This document shows, one piece after another, positions 1-9,600 of a stretch of DNA of 45,681 nt. Within the stretch, counting starts at the first letter, position 1; each line of letters opens with the position of its first letter. A program made the position numbers and the translations under genes. The stretch comes from Folioceros fuciformis (Eukaryota). Below the pieces are notes generated by a model. The model searched no databases and was not told the origin of the DNA. It saw only the letters and a list, made by a program, of their open reading frames with translations. The stretch lies in the NCBI GenBank assembly GCA_049999805.1, contig JBNGIO010006247.1, forward strand, positions 154,817 through 200,497, in the 5' to 3' direction.

Positions 1-483
1 TCGCAGCCCCGCCGCCCGCGCGCTGCGGTCGTGAACCCGGCGCGGGTCGGGGTCCCCAACCCTACCGTGTGCGCGCTGGATGCTGCTTTCGCGATGGGAG
101 CTGCTGTAGCTTGCTCCTCTTGTTGCAGCCACTCCTGGCTCGCTCCGTTCCTGTTGGCGCAAGCCACCAGCTGCCGTGCGGCGATCGCATCATCATGCCT
201 TCATCTCCTACGTCCATCCCGCAACATAAACCAGGCTTTTATACTCACTTTTTAACCTGCCAAGTGATTTTCCACTAGAAGAAGAAGAATTCTAGCGCAC
301 TCCACCAAGCCGTCCAGGGCTCTTTCATTCCCAGATAGATGCAGCCGTCAGATTTCGGGAATTGCAATTTTGCCTAGTTCGGAAGAAAGACGGAAACGGC
401 TGACGGAACACCTTCCACACCGCTCCCGTTTCTTTCCCAAACTAGGTGAGGTCGATTTCCGGACGCACGCTGGCTGGCTGGCT

Positions 484-1287
484 ATGGCGAGTGTTCCATC
501 CGTGCCTTCCGCCCTGCTCCTTCCCGGGCCTGGGGTTTCGGTGGGCCTGGCTGAGCCGCGGATGCTCTTGGCCGTCCGATGTCTCGGGTCAAGGTCGGGG
601 TCCGGCCCGTGGGTGGGGCGGAGGCAGGAGAGGTCTGGCCCCAGGGGCGCCTCGATTCTTGTCAGGAGTTTTGAGGTCTCAGGGCCCGGGGCTGTGGACT
701 CTCCTCTCATCTCTTCCATGAGGCTCAAGGTGCTGATCGTGACAATTGCTTTGTTTCTGTTCGGCCGTCTGGATTGGTGATACGCAGGCTCGGAAACGGA
801 TGTGAGTTGTCCGTACGTGTGCAGCTCAATGGTTGCTGTGCGGGTGTTGCAGATTCAGGAACAATTGAGCGCCGACGATGTGGTTGTGAGGGATGAGCGT
901 GGAGACGGTCGCCATGTCAGGTTGCGAGCGGAGTTGACTTGAGTACCTTGCTGGGCTTGCTGTTTAGGGTTGGTTATGTTGATCTGTATGCAAATGTGGT
1001 CCGTTCCTCGATGCGGATGTGCTCTGTTCCTTCTCTTTTACTCGGAGTGTTAGGCAACCGAGTTTGTCATCGGAAGAGGTTGTGAAATAGTTGTTGGTGC
1101 CGTGTGTGGATGTACTGTGCGCAGCATTCATGTTGTTGCAGCGGCGTTCGAAGGGCAAAGTCGTGTGAACAGACAACGAATGGTTTACAAGGCAATTTGG
1201 GAGGAGTTGCAAGGACTTGTACACGCCGTGGACCAGCTTACAACGAAGACGCCAGCTGAAGCTAGCAAAGATACACTGCCACCGTGA
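484..1287 (+). CDS. BOLA4: BolA-family protein, plastid BolA4-like (3 exons: 484-729, 853-920, 1125-1287)
   Basis: GT-AG splicing gives a transit-peptide-like N-terminus followed by IDSP-like [78 protein letters not shown], the BolA4 signature. Confidence 0.9.
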
Positions 1288-1697
1288 GTCTACAACTCAC
1301 TCTTCCTCGTGAGCTGCTGTGGCTCCGGCGCTGCTTTTCCAGGGAGATGTGCTAGCTAGCGGATCTGAGCTGAACGAACTCCACCTTCAGCAAATCCAGT
1401 TGGGCCAGTGGGGACGAAGCATCCGTGTCGCCGTGAGCGACACTCGTCCGTCCTGCAACGCACGAGCACTTGGTGAAGAACACGCAGCCCTTACTTTTTG
1501 CGGAGAACCCTGCTCACTCCTTGTACATGTTGCACTTTCGAGTACCCATCGTTACAAGATACCTAAGCCATTTAGGTACTCCGTGCGACACCGTAAGGGG
1601 TGTCAGGGATTGGTTTCCGTTACTATGTACAAACATTGGTCTATTATACAGAAGGTTAAGAATTTGGCTTATCCTGAACGGAGCATAAGAAAATGCC

Positions 1698-2445
1698 AAT
1701 TCACTCCAACCAAGCGAAGGAGAGGGATAGATGCTTAGTTTTGTCCTTTCGGATTCACTGGCTTCCTAGCCTTCAAATGTTCAGCCTCGCTAATTGAACC
1801 ATACGATAGAGTCAAATGTTGGCTTTATTCATCCTACAAGGGTAGATGGTGACTATCAAGTAGTCAAATGTTGGCTTTATTCATCCTACAAGGGTAGATG
1901 GTGACTATCAAGCAGCCTCCAACCTCACCAATTCACTTCTCTCCACAAGAGAGAGATGTTGATTTTGCAATGGCATTAGACCTAGCTAATTCACTCCACA
2001 AGGGGATAGATGTACTCCACAAGAGGATAGATGTTATCTTCCTTCATTCATTGTATATGAGAGACAGATGTTGGCTTTACACAGGCCTTAAACCTCACCA
2101 GTTCATCTTAACTCACCTTAACTCACTCCATGATAGAGGTAGGTGCTGGCTTCACACCAATCTTGCACATAGTGAATTCAGAAATGCTTAGTCACATCAA
2201 TTTGCTCTACAAGAGAGACATATGTTGACTTCATAAACTCCACATAAACTCCACATTGTTAGGAGAAGCAAATGCTAGCTTTCCAATGGTCTCGAACCTT
2301 GCTAATTCACTCCATAAGAAAGATAAGCATGCAACTCTTAATGCACTCAACTTCCAAAACACATTGCTAAGTTGCTAATTCACTCCATAAGAAAAATAAG
2401 CATGCTCTCAATGCACTCAACTTCCAAGACACATTGTTAAGTTCC
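1698..2445. repeat. Degenerate repeat array, core about (gct)aattcactccaYaagRgRgatagatgttggctt
   Basis: Related copies start near 1698, 1827, 1879, 1930, 1986, 2045, 2118, 2198, 2301 and 2374. A ~72-bp near-identical duplication lies at ~2301-2373 / 2374-2443. Confidence 0.75.
1810..1912. repeat. Perfect 51-bp direct tandem duplication (period 52)
   Basis: agtcaaatgttggctttattcatcctacaagggtagatggtgactatcaag occurs at 1810-1860 and again at 1862-1912. Confidence 0.95.
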
Positions 2446-2705
2446 AAGTAGCCCACGATGTTATGACAATTCCAAGACACATTGCTACACATTGCTAAGT
2501 TTCAAGTAGCCCATAAGATGGGCACATTGCTAAGTTCCAAGTAGCCCACCATGTTAAGTTCCAAGTAGCCCATAAGATGACACATTGTTAAGTTCCTAGT
2601 TCCCCACCATGTTAAGTTCCAAGTAGCTCATAAGATGACACCTAAGTAGTTCCAAGTAGCTCATAAGATGACACCTAAGTTCCTAGTAGCCCACCTTGTT
2701 ATGAC
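2430..2705. repeat. Minisatellite, core taagttccaagtagccca with alternating linkers (taagatgacacattg / ccatgt)
   Basis: About 8 copies, starting near 2438, 2496, 2531, 2554, 2589, 2613, 2648 and 2676. Confidence 0.9.
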
Positions 2706-3323
2706 GATTTGTAGTGGATACAAGTACACACGACGGCTAAATTACCCTTGGAGGAAGTAGGTTGTTAAGTGCCACGTCCTTAGATAGGGTGCTAAATATC
2801 ATCCTCGCGGCTCGCCGGTAAAGTTATTCGTCTTGGCTGCAGCTGTATGAGAACGATTTCGTCGAACGACATGCTACATATCATCGTGCGCAGCGAATTG
2901 TTAGATATGAGTCACCACATGTTTATGCCATTACAGATACAGTAAGAATCGATGAGTGTGTACAACACGAAGAACACAATGTCATGATTCAGAAGCGATT
3001 ACCTTTCAACTTTTGACCAACGACCTCTGCATACGACATGGACATCACTGGACGGGTTGCGTTCACAACTCACGTTGCGGAAACACATCCTTCAAAAAGG
3101 AGAGTAGCGAGGGGACTTTGAAGAGTTGGGAGGGCAGGGAGCCGGAAACACTCGGGATTGACGAAACATACACATTGAAACCTAACGACAAACCGTGGAT
3201 TCAGTCCAACGCATGGACTTGGACATGTAGCGCCTACTTCCAGCACAGCCACTATCAGGACTGGAGACTCTTGCGACACATTCAATGCCCATACAGGTAT
3301 GTAGTACGGCCGGTTGTCCACGC

Positions 3324-5190
3324 CTATTCCAGTTCTTTGGCAAAGTCAGCATTGTCGACGAAGACCTGTGCAGCACATGTGCACCGATTTCAGCACCGTA
3401 CCCAGCACGTAGCAGAGACAAACGGATAGACAATCCTCGAGTGATGTCACTCACCGATTTCCAACCGTCGGGGTCCAGGGCAGCGGTGATTCTGGTCTTG
3501 ATACCTGGGAGAGGGCCTGGCTCCCTCGTAATTTTCCCACCTGCTGCTCGAATCGCCTCTGCAGTCTTGTAAACATCATCTGTCCCAACAGCAATCTACA
3601 AAGGCAAAGACGGAACCATGAATTCAGTGTTCCACCTGTGTAGCAGAAGACGGCAGTTATGGTCTTTGGATCAGAACTAAAAAACATGTCCCGCAGTTAC
3701 CTGTGCATAAGCATTCCCCTTCTCGTACTCTGTCACTCCGTAGTTGTACGTAAGCTCCAAAATAGTGGTTTTGTCCTCGTCATCATACCCCAAAAATGCA
3801 AGAGTGTACTGCGCACCCGCAACAACCTTGAGCTCGGACATCATCCAATCTCCCGGGTAACTTGAAAAACGCAAGTAAAACACTTGTAGAATACACAATT
3901 CACAGCTCCCCTCACCTTGTACTCTGGAACATCACGCTTCCGCAAAAGCTTCAAGCCAAATGCCTGCAGCCACAAGTAGAGCCCGGAAGCATGCACAAGA
4001 AGCCTTCCTCAGTCACCAACGCACGAAACTGAGAACAGAATGATCGAGCAAGAAATTCGAGTCACGTCCCGTGAAGCACCTTCTCATAGTAATTGATGGA
4101 CCTATCCAAGTCCCCTACTCGCAACATGACTTGGCAAAGAGGCTCATGAATGTTGCCCTCTCTCTGGATCAGCTCGAACTTGTAACCATCCGGGTCGTCG
4201 ACAAAGGCTATCACAGTCGAGCCCCCCTTCACAGGTCCAGCCTCCCGTGAAACTTTGCCTCCCTTGCTCTTCACCAGCTCCACGGTCTTGTAAACCTGCC
4301 TCAGCAAGCCCGGCGTCACTCCCCACATCAAGCAAGCCCAAACCAAGACAACAAATAAAATGCATCAACAAAGCAATGCCCTTACATCCTCAACAGCGAT
4401 CCCAAAGTGCCCAAACGCCGTACCAAGATCATACTTATCCACCCCGTAATCTGCAATACCACGACTCAGCACCCCTCCCACATCCTTACCGTACTGTTCA
4501 AAAATTTTCTTTCAAAAAAAACAAACAAACAAACCACCTACTGTAGGTCAACTCCACTACGAAGTGAGAATCCTCAGGGCCGTATCCGAGAAACGCATTC
4601 GTGTACTTCTCCTCAGGGATGTCGCGCTTGCGCAAGAGCTTCATCCCCAAACACTCCGTATAAAACCTGGCAAACCCGAAACCAGCGGCATCAGCTCCCC
4701 CACGCCACTCCATCCCTTCCCGCAATGTCCCAGCCCCGGGCCCGACTTACTTGATAGTCTTCTCCAGGTCACCCACTCGGTACACCACATGGAGCAGGCG
4801 CCGATTATCCTTCTTCACCCACTCCAGCAGGCCCTCATTGGTGTCGGCAGGCTCAGCGGTGGGAGTGGCAGACATGTTGGCCGCGACCTCGATTCTGATA
4901 GGGAAATCCACCACTCTCTGGGGTTGCTCAGCTGCACACGGGGCACCAAAACCCTACCGCATCAGTGCCACTGCGCCGTGGAACCCCAGCATGCTGGAAT
5001 CCACTCCAGGCCGAGTCCGGCACTGACCTGCACTGGCCCGGGCGGGGAGGAACGGAAGGCGGAGGCTTCCAGTTCCCGATCGCAAGGAGCAAACCACCGA
5101 AGGCACCCGGCGGAGCGAGGACGCGGCCAGAGCCTTGGACAGCAAGAATGAAGCAGGTGCAGCCGATGTTGCAGGAAAGACGCCAGCCAT
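3324..5190 (-). CDS. GLXI: Lactoylglutathione lyase (glyoxalase I), two-domain Ni2+-type, with N-terminal transit peptide; multi-exon
   Basis: Spliced exons give [140 protein letters not shown] and [21 protein letters not shown]. Confidence 0.95.
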
Positions 5191-5839
5191 CGCCTGCCTC
5201 TAGCTGCCTTATTCTCTCTCCCTCACTTCACTCACCCGCACTGTGACTGCCTCCTGCCAGACTACTCCCCGCGACTCCCTCTCGCTTCCCGCTTCACGAT
5301 TATTCTTCTGTACGGCGTCGTATGCTCATACGCCCAGACAGTATCCCTGCCCATAGACTGTGACCGGCGCTTAACACTTGTTCCTGCCACGGGCGGCCAC
5401 GTGTCGACTTGCGGAGGCCTTGGATCGTAGCTGGGTTCGCCGTGTGAATCCGGTTCCTGCGTTTCCTGGTTTCGTCCTGACTCCTGCCCGGAATGCAGAC
5501 CCGATGCATTCTATTATGTGATCAGTGGCTGCTTTTTACGTGGAACTTGCACAGACTGGTGTACCATACATGACATGTTTTTTGGGACTATTGATTTGAA
5601 ATGTCACAGTTCTTGCTGCTTGGTCGTCACGTGGAGCTGGGGACTTTGAGTTTGTTGTACAGTCTCGTGCTGTTGTACAGGGCAACGAGAAAAGGTATGT
5701 CACTGGAGCCGTGTGGACATACGACAAGGCTTTGTGTCAACTTGTATTTAGCCTCAAGGATGTCTATGGACTCTCTCAGAAGTACTGCAAAACCAAAATG
5801 TACGCCTGTCCCCCTGGTAGAATGACTGAAGGAACAATA

Positions 5840-6280
5840 AGGTGGCCACTGTGTTGGAAGCCATTTGCTGCTCCACAGGTGTTTTGCTGAGAACGACAAA
5901 TACAAGAAATGTCTTGCTGGCCCATGCTGGGAATGATACCTGACTGCTGATCAACGCATTACAGCTTGGGCCTTTCTCGGCATCTCTCAAGTTTGTGCCT
6001 TTCTCGGCATCTCTGAAAGATTCTTCTGCACGCCTGATCGAGAAAACAGCCAGCCTGATGCTTACAGCATGGAGGAGTGCAACTTTTCAGCTCGTTAGCT
6101 GAAGAATTGGCACCTCTTAACGTCTAAGCCCTCGGCTTGCTTGTTAGTGATGAAGGCCACCAGTGCCTCTATCAGTGCATTTTCTTATACACGTTTGGCT
6201 CATTTGCAGATATCCGGTACTGGATTCAGGGATGAGCTTTACAGCATCATCAACAAAACGGCACTCCTCCTTGCTGCTCC
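5840..6280 (-). pseudogene. Decayed PLS-PPR gene fragment
   Basis: Minus-strand frames carry broken PPR-like words (DDAVKLI...CIRKC, KLHSSML, LDQACRRIFQR, EMPRK, NALISS, SQHGPAR) separated by frameshifts and stops. A 16-bp duplication, ctttctcggcatctct, lies at ~5972 and ~5999. Confidence 0.4.
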
Positions 6281-6663
6281 ACTTTGGAGAAAGTAAAAAT
6301 GTATTGCCTCTCATGTTCTTCGACTGCCCTACGGTCGTTGATGTAAAGCAGAAAGCAGATCGACGTACTGAACGGAGACCGCAAGGTGAAGACGCACAGG
6401 CGAGCGGTCGATCATGGGGAAGGTGGATGTATGGTGGATTTAAGTCGAGATGGGAGTTCGTCATCACGGTGCATGTCCCGTCCCAGACAGGGTTCGTCCT
6501 CCGTGATGGCGTGGCCTTAGGGCTGTACACTTGGCCTTGATGGCCGTCGGGTATCCATGTGCAAGCTCATCGAGGCAGCCCGTGTGGTGTGGTCTTGTAC
6601 AGTAGCTGGACATGCTGCCACACTCCGTTATTGGACTCGCCTTCCGACAGCGGTACTTGAGCC

Positions 6664-9600
6664 ATGGCCACAGTATGGCAGCCGGACTCGTTGTGGATCC
6701 AACGAACTGGTGTGTGTACAGGGAATCCTCAAGGAGCTCTCGCCCACCTTGTCATGGAGAATCAACCCCTAGCAAGCAAAGCCTTCAGGTGCAACAGTGT
6801 GAAGATCTCAGCACTTCCACTTCCGATAGAATGTGAGGGTGTGGACAGGTTTTCCAGCGATGGTCGTTGTCAGGAGCAGGAGCACTTGTGGCAACAATTT
6901 TTTCTGGACCCTGCCATTTGGTGGGACAACAGACGAGATAAGAAGAGCTCCAGGTCGCCTGACTTCCGACACAAAGGGTCCGGCAAGGTCCTGTGGTTAA
7001 ACAGCGTGTTTAAGCCAGCCTGGGTTGATGAGGAGCTCCTTTCCTTGGATGTGCAGATGAGTCATGGTTCCTCTTCGACCAAGGCCACCTCTCTGGATAA
7101 ACTTGAACCTGACAGGCGTGTAGGATCGAGAGTGCCCGTCATTACAGCTGTAACAGTGAGCACCCTATGTCAGCAGGGGAAGCTTTCTGAGGCCGTTGGG
7201 GCCCTGGAATCACTGGCGCAGACAAACTCTGCTATTTCTCAGTCTCTGTTATGCGTTGTGCTGAAACTGTGCACAGATAAGAAGGATTTGGTTTTGGGGC
7301 GACGAGTTCATGATCTCAGTGTCAAACTTGGCCACGAGTCGAAAGCATACTTGGCGAACCATGTCTTACGCATGTATGCCTGTGGAGGTAGGCTAGAGGA
7401 GGCCATGGATGTGTTCACCAGGGTAGGCAAGCCAGATGTCATTACGTGGGGTTCCATCATATCTGCATATGCTAAACATGGGAAACCTAACGAGGCCATA
7501 CACTTGTACCATGAGATGCGTAGGTCAGGAGTGAAGGCGAATGGTCACGTCTTTGTAGCTGCCCTTCAAGCTTGTTCATTTGCTGCTGACTTGGAATTGG
7601 GCAGAAAGGTGCACTGCGATATCTTGCACTGTGGCATTCCTCCTAACATGTTTGTTGGCAACTGTCTAGTGGACATGTATGCGAAATGTGGTGAACTGAA
7701 ACAGGCACGCCAGGTTTTTGACAGCATGGCCAAGAAGGATGTGGTGACATGGAATGCCCTGATGTCTGGGTATGCAAAATGTGGTGAAGTGGATGAGGCA
7801 CGCCAGATTTTTGACAGCATGACCATAAGGGACGTGGTGACGTGGAATACCCTGATTTCTGGGTATGCTGAGCAAGGGCTTGGACATGAGGCATTTGTTC
7901 TGTATGGACAGATGGAGCAGGATGGGCTGATTTTGGCCAACCATGTTACTTTTGCTTGCCTTCTGAAGGCCTGTGCATGCACTACTGCCTTGCAGAAGGG
8001 CAGGCAGCTGCACTCACTGATTGTTGAAAGGGGACTGCTGGATCACGTACTGGTTGGCAACGCTCTGGTTGACATGTACGCAAAGTGTGGTGAACTGGAA
8101 GATGCACGCCGCCTTTTTGACCGCATGCCCATAAAGGATGTGGTGACATGGAATTCCCTGATAGCTGGGTATGCAAAACGAGGTGAATTGAAAGACGCGC
8201 ACCAGATTTTTGACGGCATGAGCACGAAGAATGTTGTGACATGGAATGGTTTGTTTTCTGGGTATGGAGAGCAAGGACTGGAGCAAGAGGCGCTTGTACT
8301 CTATGAACAAATGGAGCAAGAAGGCCTCATTTTGGCAGATCATGTTACTTTTGCTTGCCTTCTGAAGGCCTGTGCAAGGACTGGTGCCTTACAGACGGGA
8401 AGGCGGCTGCACTCACAGATCGTGGAAAGAGGACTGCTGGATAACGTACTGGTGAGCAACTGCCTGGTAGACTTGTATGCGCAATGTGGTGAACTGGAAG
8501 AGGCACGCCATGTATTTGATAGCATGGCCACTAAGGATGTGGTGACATGGACTGCCCTGATATCTGGGTATGCTAAGCAGGCTCTCAGCCAGGAGGTGCT
8601 TGTCCTGTATGGAAAAATGGAGCAGAACGGCCTTATTTTGGCTAGCCATGCTACATTTGCTTGCCTTCTGAAGGCCTGTGCAAGCACTGGTTCCTTACAG
8701 AAGGGCAGGCAGCTGCACTCACAGATTGTTGAAAGAGGACTGCTGGATAACACATTGGTGGGCAACTGCCTGGTGGACATGTATGCAAAGTGTGGTGAAC
8801 TAGGGAATGCACGCCAGGTTTTTGACAGTATGAATACCAAGGATGTGGTGACATGGACCACCCTAATAGTTGGGTATGCACAGCAAGGACTGGGCCAAGA
8901 GGCGCTTGTTCTGCATGGACAGATGGAGCAAGGTGGTCTTGTTTTGGTTAACCATATTGCTTTTGCTTGCCTTATAAAGGCCTGTGCACGCACTGGTGCC
9001 CTGCAGAAGGGCAGAGAGCTGCACTCACGAATTTTTGAACAAGGACTGTTGGATAACGTAGTGATGGGCAACTGCCTGTTGGACATGTATTCGAAATGTG
9101 GTGACCTGGAAGATGCACGCCAGATTTTTGACAGCATGAGCACGAAGGATGTAGTGACATGGACAAGTCTGATAGCTGGGTATACACAGCAAGGGCTGGG
9201 CCAAGAGGCGCTGATTCTATATGGACAAATGGAGCAAGAATGCCACATTTTGGCTGACGATGTTACTTTTGTTTGCCTTTTGAAGGCCTGTGCGAGCACT
9301 GGCGCCTTACAGAAGGGCAAGCAGTTGCACTCACTAATTGTCAAGAGAGGACTGCTGGATAACTTAGTGGTAGGCACTGGACTGGTGGACATGTATGCAA
9401 AATGCGGTGAACTGCAAGATGCACGTCGGGTTTTTGACAGCTTGGTCACAAAGAATGTAGTGACATGGAATGCTCTGATAGCCGGGTATGCTGAGCAAGG
9501 ACTCGGTCAAGAGGCGCTTGTTCTGTACGGACAAATGGAGCAAGAGGGCCTCGTTTTGGCTGACGAGGTTACTTTTGTCTGCCTTCTGAAGGCCTGTGGC

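Noticed and set aside
1-300. Possible 5' end of a minus-strand gene at the window edge
   Set aside because: GC-rich and coding-like, but too short and without a motif to support a call.
1698-2705. CRISPR-like repeat-spacer appearance
   Set aside because: Repeats are degenerate and irregularly spaced, the intervening sequences are partly duplicated, no cas genes are present and the context is a plant nuclear genome.
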